Assembly: GCA_030141605.1 (NCBI GenBank)
Contig: JAQGDQ010000078.1
Span: 372,001 to 436,000, forward strand
DNA length: 64,000 nucleotides
DNA from: Tubiluchus corallicola
Taxonomy: Eukaryota > Animalia > Priapulida
Direction: 5' to 3'
Below the pieces are notes generated by a model. That model was not told the DNA's origin. It saw nothing but the letters and a program-made list of their open reading frames with translations, and ran no database searches. Shown here in pieces: positions 1-12,900 of this stretch (position 1 is the first letter of the stretch; every line of letters begins with the position of its first letter). The translations under genes and the position numbers were made by a program.

Positions 1-419
1 AGTGTTTTAGCACAAATAAACAAAATCCTTACATTTTGGTTCATTTTTCTCTGCAAAAGATTAACTGTGATATGAAATTACAAGAACAAGATTATAGTTG
101 AACCACAAAATTTTTAAAATCACCTATCACTACAGTATGTACTGACCGCACCTAACTGTAGTCACTAATCGCTAAGCACACCATGACTTGCTGCTCAGCT
201 ATTACTCTTCCTTATACAAAAAATGAGGATTTGTGCTACGAAGACTATGTTGCTGAGAACTGCTTATAAAGTTGTAACTGAGTGAAAACCGAAGGACTCC
301 TACTGGTGGACAACATTGAACCAGTACTAGAAGCCAGTAAATGATTATCCTATCCCTATTATTATTATTTTACATTAATGAGTTTGTAATCCATAATTAT
401 TCACTAGGGATTTTAACAA

Positions 420-1240
420 GTTTGATACTGATCCCTCTATTACGAATTCTCCAGGAATAAATCAGTGTAAATGTTGAGCGCTGTCAAGAAATGCAGACAG
501 CCTGTAGGCAAAGGCAGTTTTAGAAAATATTCCAAATTTGAGAAAATCTACAGGAACATTAAAGCATGTCACTGTCTTCCAACTCAAGTCGAAAAGTAGA
601 CTGGCTGGAAGTCTGTTGCAATTGTGCCTATGATAATGCTTGGCTGTGCTTTTAGGATTGTCGGATTTTTTTTATCAAGAGTGAAAGTTATGATACCATG
701 CATGACGAATTTGCAAGATAGATGATAGGATATATAAAACATAAGGATGTAAGGGAGCGGCTATGAGAAAAGAGGTCCTTTGAAGAGAGAGAGGCAAAAG
801 CAAGTTTAAAGATTTGAATCTATATAATAGAATTATTTTTTTGGATAATGACAGACTGCTTAAAAGAGTAATATCCTTTGCAATGCCTATCAAGATAAGG
901 ATAAGTGGGTTAGAAAAATAACCTTTTTAGCAAATAAATTTAATTTAGAAGTTTTTGGAAACATTTTGTTCCTAGGAGAAATTTCATATGATGGGTTGAA
1001 GAAAATAACTGACATAAATCTTAGTGAAAAGGTAGGAGACAAACCAACTAATTGAACAAGAGATGAGGGGAAAAGATTTACAACTGTGGCAGAACAAACT
1101 TGAAGCATGTTCCAGGGCTAGCCTAATAGATATTTGAAAAACAAACCACAACCCCCGGTTGAAAGCTGGATGAACGATGTGCATAATACAGAGCTGCAGA
1201 TAATAAATGAGAGCTGGTACATTAGAAATCAATGGGAATC
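420..1240 (-). mobile_element. Highly decayed non-LTR retrotransposon ORF2 fragment (AP-endonuclease-like region)
   Basis: Minus-strand pieces SKKIILLYRFK (cf. IILLGDFN) and SIIIGTIATDFQPV (cf. GIIxxxISDHxPV) occur in the expected order, with many stops and frameshifts. Resemblance judged by eye. Confidence 0.4.
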
Positions 1241-3948
1241 CTTTATTTAGAAGTAGGAAGCCATTTAACTTCGTAGCAGATTCTGTTCATAAATAAAACG
1301 AATATATTTACTAATACTAATTACTATACTTATAATAGTAATAGAAATTTAAAATCTCAATATAATTTAAATAATCAATTAAATATAAATTAGTATACAT
1401 TCCATAAAGTAAAACATCACTGACTCCTTTCCTGTGACTTTATTACAGGTCCCTGAATAATAAAATCGAATCAAATCAAATATTTTAATTTTTATTGTTA
1501 TCCCTGGCATAAAAAACAAGCAAGTTAATATACAAGTCAAATCCATCTACATGCGAAGAGCCCTTTCATTACTCATAGAATGTAATAGTAAATAACACGC
1601 GAAGCTACAATAATCTTAAATAACTAAAATAGATACTCTACCAAACCTACAGCTAGGCTGTTACTGTACAGCAGAGGCTAACTTATTTTTAGAATTTTTG
1701 TCATAATCACGCATGCACTTATTCCGTGATGTCAAATATTGCTCTGAAAACTTCAAATAGATATATTACAAATAATTTCATTAAAAAAATATTCGCTGAG
1801 TAAGTGCACACATATGTCAACTAAGATTAAACTCAAAGGCAGTAAATAAACACTTTGCAAAAGTTTCAATATCGCGCCATTATTGCTACACTTTCTAGCA
1901 ATTCAAAATCAGCTTTTAATTCAGTCTCCCAAAATAAAGGTATTTTCAAGTTTATTCCTGGGTACCATGACTACTATCATATCTTGTCGCAAACTATCTG
2001 TCTGCCTAACTGTTTTATCCTGCCGTGTCTGGTCTGCCCTATCCTGTCCAAGGCCTCTTCAAACGAAGGGCTCCTTTTGAAGGGGCCTTGGTCCTATCCT
2101 ATATCCTGCCACGTCCTGTCCATTATGCCAATTACATCATGTTCTGTCCTGCCCTCTCTTGTCCTATCAATTTAATTAAATTCAATTTTAATTTATTCAC
2201 CTCTTTATAATACTACAATAAAACATGATTGATAAAAGAATCGCTAATAAGTTTTGAAGAATGGTTAAAATGAATAGATAGATCTGGAACTAGAAAAAGG
2301 ATGGCGAAAAGACTATAAAGTCACCTTGTCTGCTATCCCTTATCGAATACAGATAAAATAATTTTTAGACACTAATGTGCATTAATGTTGTCAAATTTGC
2401 TATGTAATAATAAGAACACTTTGGGTTAATAATACAGTTAATCAACAACGAGAATTAAATCCTTTTTCATTTGGGTTCAACTTCGTCTTTTCTAGGATTG
2501 TTGTCCTATCCTGTCCTGTACTGTACTGTTCTGCCCTATCCTGCCTTTACTTGTCTTACATTAACTTTCCTTACACCTCAATAATTAATTGGTAGCCTCA
2601 CCTTCTGTTCTCTTATGATATCTCAATCATCCCACATCTTATCTCATCTCATCTTGAGCCAACATAAAATTGATATTGCATCCATATATCTTCTAATCAG
2701 CAAGAAATTATTGATATATTTCTGCTTTCAACGTGGACTGGTTTAATTAGGCAGAACGCATGCAGATCCTACGTCCAATTTTCCAGATGCTTTTAATCGT
2801 TTGTACTAAAATATGCTAATAATTTAATAGCACTTGCTGGGTACATTGTAGGCTAGAAGAAGGCAGCACTATATATATGATTCAATAGAAAATGCAACTT
2901 TTTTACTATGTACCAACAATGACAAAGTACGCATCACTTGATTCCTGTAAGAAATTCCCTGGGAATTTCCAACCAACAGTCTAAACTACCTTGCAAGATT
3001 TTAACAGATTTTTAAAATGATTGGCCAAGAATCAATCCACTCAAATTGTGAACTGTGGCATGTATAATTATAGCATGTACATCGTTAAGGTACTTATTAT
3101 TCTTAGTGTACCCTCATTGCTAGTGCGCTCCAGGTACTCCACATATAATTCAAGTGTAGCACATACTATAATACTATCTGTAAGAAAGCAAAGACATAAA
3201 AGTGAAAATTGTTATCATCTGTAATACAGCATGGACACGGCCCTATATGACTCTGAACTCCTACACACGAAGGTAATAAAACAAACTAATATATGCATTC
3301 CAGTGTCAAAAATCACAACAGTTTTACTGGTATACTGTTTATTTGCATCAAATTGTTAAACAAGATGATCAGAATCTACAGAAATCAGAAAAGTATTATG
3401 AACAAAAATAAAAAGCTGTGGCTTTAGGTAGATAGATATAGAACTTCCTGATAGATGGCCCGAAATTTTCCCATATAAATATACGTTCTAAAAATTGCTC
3501 AAATTAACTGAAAACATGGAATCTACTATAAAAGATCTTCAGATGGTGACATTTTAGCTTTCATATGAATTTAATGGTCAAAGTTTGTTTATCAGAGCGT
3601 GCACTAACACTGGCTACGATGCCATACACGTGAGGGATTCAGAGAGAAGTTGCCAGCTGCAAAATGAAGAATACTTCAAAAGTTGTTTTTGTCATGTAAT
3701 CGCATGATTTTTTTGAGAATTTGAACAACATGGCAACCACTGCTCTCTTTCTCCACGACTCTAGCCTCTCTCTCTCGCTCTGCGCGTTTGCGGTTTTTAA
3801 ATCTATGATGATAATAGAAATTGGGCTAATGATAATTTTGGCCTCAACTAACTGCTGTCTGGGGCACAGTTGTTGCGCTAAAAAACCATGCGAAGCTATA
3901 TTTGGAGAGGAAACGGAGACTCAAGTTACCTGACTTATCTGCAAAGTC

Positions 3949-6900
3949 ATGGCGGCCTCCAGCTTCATATCGTCTTGTTTTCAAACGTTGTTGACCTTTT
4001 CTTTGTTTTTGTGCATTTTGGAACTTCACCGTGAGTATATATTACGGTAACTTTGGCCCTGTAATAATAATAATACTGATTGCCTATAATGGGTTCTTGG
4101 GTAATGCTCAACTTTATCAGTTCATGATTTTTTTTTATTTATTTATCTCCAATACTGTATTCGCAAGACAGTTACAACAAATTATGTAAAATGGGGTAGC
4201 GAAAGACCAAGAGGTCATCGAGTCAGCCACCCCTATATAACTTAAGAATACTATAAAGGACTGCAGAGAACACGGTTAGGCAGGTAATGTGTAGTTAAAT
4301 CATAAAAGCAACAAATGAGCAAAATACAGTTATGTTATGAGTGCAACCAAAAATTAAACCATAAATGCAGCTTGTGAACAAAATTGTAGTTAAATCACGA
4401 ATGCAATAAAAGGGAAGAAAAATTGTGGAGTAAATCTTGAATGCAGTAAATGAGCAAAAGCGTTCAGTAATGCAGTTAAATCATAATGAACCAATAAATA
4501 CAAAAAGCAGGTAATGCAGTTAGCCTATGGATTAATGTGACTAATAGCTTATGATTAACTGTGGCTTATGGACAAAATTTAATTTGGCAGCAGCGTTCAC
4601 TGTATTATTAAAAAATTCTAAGTTTATCAACTGGAGTTTTTTCCTGCAAGCAGATATGGCAAATTTAACTATGACTAGCAGCGCCGATCATTAGGGCTAG
4701 ATTGCAGTTTAGGTATTTCTTTTTTAACATACTCTCACGTCGCCCAAATCACAAATATCGCTGAAAGCAGGGCTGCAATAGAAAGATGCAACCATTATCT
4801 GCACACTGATGTGAAGAAAAGCTGAAACATACCTCCTATTATTAAAAAAATAATATTAAAAAACTCACTGTTAGCGTTGCAAGAACCAACTAAGATTGCA
4901 CGGTTTCATGAAATATTTTCTTTTGGGAGTTAGCAGAGAGCGATATTTTTTTCTACCACTGTGCGCCACAGTCTAGGATGTATCAATGCTTCACAAAAGA
5001 AGAACCAAACTGTAAACTTACTGAAAACTTAAACAGAGTACAAAAATGTGACAGTACGAAGATTGTTAATTAGTTAGTTAATTAATTAGTTAGCTAGCTA
5101 AGCTAGTTAGTTAGTCAATCAATTATTTTTGGCGAGTTTGTGGTATGGCAGGTTTGGTGGTATGGCGGGTATGGAGTTTGTGGTTTAGCAGTCTGGCATT
5201 TTGGCGGATGTGTTGGTATGGGGAGTGGGGATGAGGTAGAGTGTTGACAGTGGGACTGACATAGTTAGGTAGTAGGCTGTGAGGAGAACCACGTAAACTG
5301 CAAGTGCACTGTCATTAAAAGTAGTATGCTTATATAATTATTCTACAACTATTAAAAGTGCTAGAAGAATAGACAGATATTATGACAGTGTGGAAGAAAC
5401 TGATACTCTCTACTTAGATTTCAAAAAAGCTTTTGACTCGGTTCCACATGTTCAAAGAAAGCTAACCAAAGCGTCGGTCTGATACGCAGAAGGTTTACCT
5501 ACCTAAATAAAGAGATGCTTTCCCAGCTATACAAATCAGTTGTAAGTTCTCTGTTGGAATATGCAATTCTTGTGTGTAATCCATCTCAACTCGGCAAATC
5601 AAGAAAAATGGAAGCAGTACAGTGCAGAGCATCAAAACTACTAGAAGATATACAAAAGATTTGCCCTACACAGCAAGATTGAACTACAGGAGAATCAGGG
5701 GAGACCTGATACAAGTGTATCGTATAATAAACAACACTGATAAAATTGCTATGGAAAATTTCTTCACGAAAGCCACATACACCAGAACTTAGGGGCACAT
5801 GCAAAAACTATTCAAAAGCAAAGCACACTGAACTTGAAACTAAACTCTTTCTCGAGGAGAGTGTTAAGCATTATGGAATGAGCTACCACGGGAGGCCATA
5901 GATGCTAAGACTGTAAATTATTTTAAAGGAAAAATAGACAAATCTCTGCATCATCTCAGACACCCATACATGTAAACACCAGTGAAAAGCCACCTCATTT
6001 TTGTGCAAGCGAAATTCTTCTGTCTTAAATATGGGCAGAACAAGGTTTAGACTTTAAGGAGGAGCCCGAAGACGAAGGTATCAGGTATATATACACATAT
6101 GCGTTATAATATTGTAAAGTGTATCCCCATACTTACCATCAGATTTAAAGGATTGTTATGGTACTATTTTGTGCAATTACCAGTGTATATTATTTACATA
6201 CATATATGTAGTTATATTGCTGCTTGTTGTGTATGACGAGTATTTCATAACAGTTTAATTTTTTTCACTCTTCATGACTCACTCAAAATTGTAATTACAT
6301 ATTACGTTTTCCTTTCTCAACGATTACAATTTTATTACCCTTGTGACATTGTTATTATTAGACTTCTACAGAAGCATGCATAATTGCAATAATTACTTCA
6401 CTTAATTAAGGTGAGTGTGTTAATGACCAAATGATTGACACTCACCTCGTGTTGCTCAAATTAGTTTATTTTAAATTTGTTGGTGTGTCTGATGATGTAT
6501 TTTTGATGTGCGAAAATAAATTCATAGTCATAGTATAGGTTTCACTTTGCCTTGTTAAACCACAGATAATCAAAACACATTTGCTGACTTGTCAACCATT
6601 TGATTAATAATGAATGTGCAATGTAGAAAGCTCAGTTATCATCTCCACCCATGGCAACTAGGGTCTAGGGAGCAAATTGTGCCCGAAAAATTTTTGCTTT
6701 TTGGGGTATCAAAATCAAATTATCAAAAAATTAAGGTAAAAAAGTAGTTAATTTTTTACTACTACTGAACTTTTTTATGCTGTTATTGCAATTCAAAATC
6801 CTTAACTATGTTATGTTCTTCTGTACACATGAAAAATCTCAATAACATCTAAACATGCTTAATTTTCAATAACTATAATATCTTTAGTAAAATATACATC

Positions 6901-9900
6901 ATGAGACTCATGAACATGACTGTATTATTAAGGGGAGTGCTACTAATTGCGTTGTGGTTGGTACTGATGGCAAAGGAAGCCAGATGATTTGCAAACTTGC
7001 GTGTGAAGTTGCGGAATGCGTGAGAACTGAAATTTGATGCGCTTGAGTTAGCAGGTCTGCATTTTTTGCTTACGTCAGATTCTAATAAATGAACAGCAAT
7101 TTACATATGTTTCCACTTTTACAAAAGCAAATTAAATCTTGGGGATGATACAAAGTCACATCGTTTCTAGAAAAAAGAAATTATATTGAAATTATACATT
7201 TCATTGATTAGACCTCTCCTAGGACATTGTGTGCAGCTTTGGAATTTGCAATTCCACATTATCGAAAAGGCATATTGCTTATGGAAGGTGTGTAAAGGCA
7301 TGCTATAAGAATAATATTTGATTATAAAAATCTGACATATTTAAAAACATTGAGATATTGCAGTTTGACTAAACTTGAATTAAGAAGACGCCATGGAGAT
7401 CTTATTAGGGTTTATAAAATACTGACTAGAAAAGAAAACATTTTGCCTGAAAAATTCTTTAATTTAGTTTTTCATTCTAAAACTAGGGGGCATAGTTTAA
7501 AACTTTTTAAAGAACGGTCTCGTCTTAACATTCGTAAATATTCATTTTCTGTGAGAGTAATGAACAAATAGTTTAATTTGCCTGCCATGGTGATTGCCAC
7601 ATCAACCACAGTAAAGTTTAAACCCTTAATCGACAATTACTTTGTGGGGTTTCTATGAGTGTACTCGCTTATCCCCTAATCATGACAGTATAATAGTGTA
7701 ACTGTTGTTTAATAAATTACAAAAAAGTAACGAACATCAGGAAATCGTGTTAAAATTATTTATGGCTCTTTAAAATGTGCTTTTTGGCATAAGAGTGCAT
7801 AATAATGTGATTTATCTGTATGTGCTTAATGATTTTTATTTTCAATTATACTGGAGTTTTTAAGTTATTGTAAAAATAAAATTAATTATTTTTGAAAAAG
7901 CCATTCACCCACTAGTGTGATTTGCATATTCAACATTCTCAAAATTAGTATGAATGCAATTTCTGAACTCGTCTTCACTTTACTTACACTAGGTTTTGCG
8001 CTAAAAAAAATAATTTAGCTGAAATTGTTTAAACACGTTAATGACAAACTTGTTTATGAGATCTGTTAATATTTTGTGTTCTTGTTTGTTTTTTAGGTGG
8101 AGCTTTTGCAGATACATCTGATAAGACTTGGATTGATGGGCCAGCTTCTAATCATGGTAAAATTCATATCAGTTTCCATGGCAAAACTGGGCTACTGTGC
8201 AGCCATACATTTGGCAAAACTGAAGCTGGTGAGTGAAGTTAGCAGCAGCCTTATGTTTGCAGAAAAAATACACCTATACACCAAGTTATATACACCTATT
8301 TGTATTTTTTGTGTAAATTACACTTAGTCGTGCATACTTATCTCATGTATGAATACATTTTTTTAATAAGATTTAATGAAATGTGCATGCATGTCAGTTA
8401 TGCTGTATTAGTGTAAAAAATGTTGCCCCATCCATACAAGTGTGAGAACTTAGCTCACCAATACTGAAATAAAACTAAATGTTTCAAATTGCACAGTGTT
8501 TATGCTTCAAATGTAGGAATCAGTACAGCTTCTGTCTTTCATTTGCATACAGGAAGTAATGTTCTAAAACCCAATATGAACAGCTCTTTGAAGCTTCTCT
8601 CTTGGAGAGTGTCTTTTCAAATAGAATAAGTGCATAGTATTAAAAAATGTATAAAATAAGTATGTAGAAAGCATTATGACTGTCATAGTAAACTATTTAT
8701 GTTTATTACTTTAGAAATAGCATGCAGTGAGATGAATTATCCTAACGGAGGAGAGTCGTGGCTATACAATATTACCAACTTTTCAAAGTCTTCAGTCATA
8801 CAGCTCATTAAATGCTACCCTCTGATGACCCAGCTTATCAGTTGCCATCACAATCAATTTGACCCCAATTCGAATAACTGTACTGCTGATAAGGGTGTTG
8901 GAGTCACTTGTATACGTAAGTGGTCTATTCACTTAGTGCTTGCTACTGGTAACTTTCTTTAAGCTAAACGGAATTTTTGCTCATTTTAAAACACAAAACT
9001 GGAGACACAAGTTTGTGAAAATCCTACAACAAAACTGCGAGGCCATGTAAAGACCTTGATCTTGAAACGTCGAACACGGGACAAGAGAGGTCTATGAAAT
9101 AGCAGGCTTCATTATTATGCTGTGGTGTTAATTCTTAGATCATGTTTTATCCAAGGTGATCAAGGTGTTTTATCACCTTGAGAAAGAGGCATCTGTACAC
9201 TTCGCACAATATTCATTGAGAACAAATTTGCAGTGCATTATTACATTAAGTCTTCTAGTGTCTTATGTGTTCTAGTCTTCTAGTGTTCTATGTCTATGTC
9301 TAAGTGCACAGTGTAAACACTATTTATTATAAATTTTTTAATTATAATCTTAGTATCAAGATTCTTATTAATGGTGGAACAAAAGTCAACAATCTCATAA
9401 TTTCTTATCCCGACTTTTTTCTATTTTTGTTCTTTCACGTTTGATATCAAAAATTAATTGTGGATTTGTCCAGATGTCAATATTAGTTTAAACATATTTA
9501 TTTTGCAACCTTTGGACATATAGTAAAACTGGTACAGAAGTCCTCTAGTTACTGAGACAATACAAATACAATACATGAAAGTGTACAATTAATATCTATG
9601 TAACATTTAGATAAGCATATTAGTTAATAAAAAAGACAGTTGAAGACTCTATACATTATGTTATATTTCTGCATACAAAATTTTATCTTTATATTCTTAT
9701 TGTTTATGCCGTGCTGTCACATCTACAATTTTCCATGAATCTGTATTTGCTGTCTGCAAACACATGAACAGTTTGATTTTTAATAATTTTTGCTTTTATA
9801 GCAAATTATCATGTTGTCTCTAAGGATGAATACACTGCACACTGGCACAACAGTAATCCTAATGCCCAGTCTAAAGGTGTTCTTCTTGCTTATCACCACA

Positions 9901-12900
9901 GCAAATGGCAAACAGTTTGTCTCTCACATGATATGAAACCCGATGACATTACCGCAATCATGAAAGTGTTTTGCCGAGCTACTGGATGCACTGGAGAAAA
10001 CAACTATCTTACCGCTAAAACTAACCACGAAGTTCTTAACGAGGATTCAAATGGAAAAGTCATGATAAAGGTACCGTTCATTGCATTTTTTTCTAGTGCA
10101 TTCTTTCCTAGCTGATCATAGTTTTTTAACAAACATGTTTATACTGCTAATTATGGCGGTCTTTGTGGTTGCCTTTCTAGGAATAGCAAATAAAGATTTT
10201 ATAACTATATAATATTTTTTGAACATATATTGTCTGTTGTAAGTGACATTTGCATTTTTTGCTATTGTGAAACACTATGAAACATTGTGGAAACCTAAAT
10301 TTTGTTATGCCTAATATTCCAGGTGAACTTTGTTAACAGTCACTGAACACTAATGGCACATTCAGACGTAGAAACTTCTCTTGCAACTTATTGTGCAACT
10401 TCTGTCACAACTTGTTGCAAGAGAAGTCTCTGCGTCTGAATGCGCCATCAGAAAGAAGTTGTGTAACAATTTGCGAGAGAAATTTCTACGTCTGAATGCG
10501 CTATAATAACTTTCAATAAAGCTTTAAGAACTCATGGTGATTCATACATCTTCATCATTTTTATGCGTGAATGTGGGTTTCATTATGACAGCAGCCACTT
10601 AGGTTTCTTCTAAATCTGACACTGATTTTAAAATCCGAAGTAATGAGGGAGACATATTTGTTGCGCAATTTTATCCTTATACAGTGATGAATCATTACAA
10701 AGTGACTAGAGAATTAGTATGTCATACGTTTCAAGTCAATCATAAACTTGATATTCACTTTTCTTTGCAGCTAATCAATTCTTGATGTGACAAACTGTAG
10801 TACCGTTTTCTTCTGTAAAAGAGTGATATTTAAGTGTAAATTAAAGTCGCTGCAGTTGACCTATGAAGCCAAGTTTGATGCCGTTATATTTATCATGAAT
10901 CATAGACTCAGGCACCAAATATGAGTCAGAGATTCAGTCACCAATTTGTCTTTTGGCTCCAATTGTAATTGCTATTAATTTTTAATTGGCTTTTGCAATT
11001 AACAAGAGACTTTGAAACTCTCTAAAATGATTTTTGAAATTATTATATACATGCGCCTTTTTTTCTCAAATTGTAGGGAAGTTGTTCAGGCTCAGAGAAT
11101 GACATAAGGAACTGTGATGATGCACAGATTGTGGAAACTGATGACTGTATGGATTTCTGGTTAAGTTGTTCTGGAGGAGAAGAATACAAATGCAACTGGC
11201 TCCCTGGTAACCATATTCTTGTTCTATAGTCGGTATCCATACTTTCTGTGAATGTTTAATTCTAAGAGCAAAACCAGTCAGCTTCTTGCTTAAGTGGAAA
11301 CAAGAGAACTCAAGCTTAAAAATGTCATTTTTTAACCTGGTCCTGTGCTATGACTGCAACATTTCATTGTTAGAAAGAACATGTTATTTCTTAGAGTAGT
11401 GGGCTTTTTGGTGTAATTTGTAAATCAGAAAACAATGTGAAAATGCTCAATTTCATTTTATTGACTCATTGACAGATGTTTAGCAGTGTTTAACAGATAA
11501 GATAAGATTTATTTATTACACTTAAAAGCATAAAAATGCACTTTATTGTTACAATAAAAACACACACATAATACTAACATATGCTGAAACATTTGCGAAA
11601 TCACATGTACAATCACACATAATAGCAAATTTGCAATAAAACTCAAGTATGGCACATAAAAACAGTGCATATTATACATTCTTTTCCTAAAAACATTATA
11701 CACTTAAAATTAATCACAACTTTACAATGTATGGAAGTGCCTATCGTTAAACAGAGCTTATTCTAACCAACCATTCTATAGTATTTGCTGTCACCAGCAA
11801 TGATAAATGACTTATTCAGGCAGTTTGGCAGGAAAAACCCAATAAGCGATCAACCCACTGCTTTGTATTCCAGACTAGTTTTACACACGCTCACACGAGA
11901 TTTCGAGACCTATACAGCATCTGATAAACTCCAGAAGATAAACAACTTCTAATAAATTAGTATAGCAAATTTAATTGTTTTTATGTTGGCCTAATAGCAC
12001 ATTCTTTATTAAGAGCCAATACAATCAACGTGGTAAGATCTTTATTGTTGTTGTCAAAGGAGGAAAAAGGGTGGTGAATGTTTGGTGTTACTATAACAGA
12101 CCATTACTAAACATATAGACTCATTAAGCAAAGACTTAGTGCGATGCAATTTCTGTTACAGAATCAATAGCTCCATCTGCTGTGCAGGAAGTTGATCATA
12201 CTGGCCCAATTGTTGGCGCCATTGTTGTTGGAATTGTCGCCATCATTGGTGTAACAATTTACTGCTACTTCCAAAGAAAAAAGTAAGCAAATACATCACT
12301 AGTTCATGCATTGTTAGAAATGATACAAATACCGTTCTGCTCATTTCTATGTGTTTATTTCTTAATATTTTTGTATATCTGTTAGGGCTGTAACGATACA
12401 CCTAGGTCACGATATGATACATATCACGACACTAACCTCGCGATGTGGTATGTATCACGATATACCTGAGTTGACGTTTGGTCAACCGTAACGAAATAAA
12501 AACTAGATTAAACTGTTGATAATAAATGCTAAATGTATTTTATCAATCAACAGTTTTAAGATTGCTAAGTGCTAAAATAAGTCGATTTTTATTTATTATT
12601 TGTGTAATGTGTAGGCTATTGCTTGCACCGTAAGCCATAAGCAAAACATATCAATGCTTTAGGCTTAAAAGTTGCTTGTGTATGTTCTGTTTCACGTTTG
12701 CCATTTCACAAATTTATGGAACACCTTGCATTTTCATGAACCGCTTTAGCTGCTTTAACAGTGCCTGTATCAGGTCAACTGCTGTTCACTGCACTGACTG
12801 ACAGGTATCTACAGTACACTCCACAGCTACAGCTTGAATTACTTTACATCGTTTTTATAGCATACGGTCAAACACATGCTAATTTGTTAAATATCACAGC

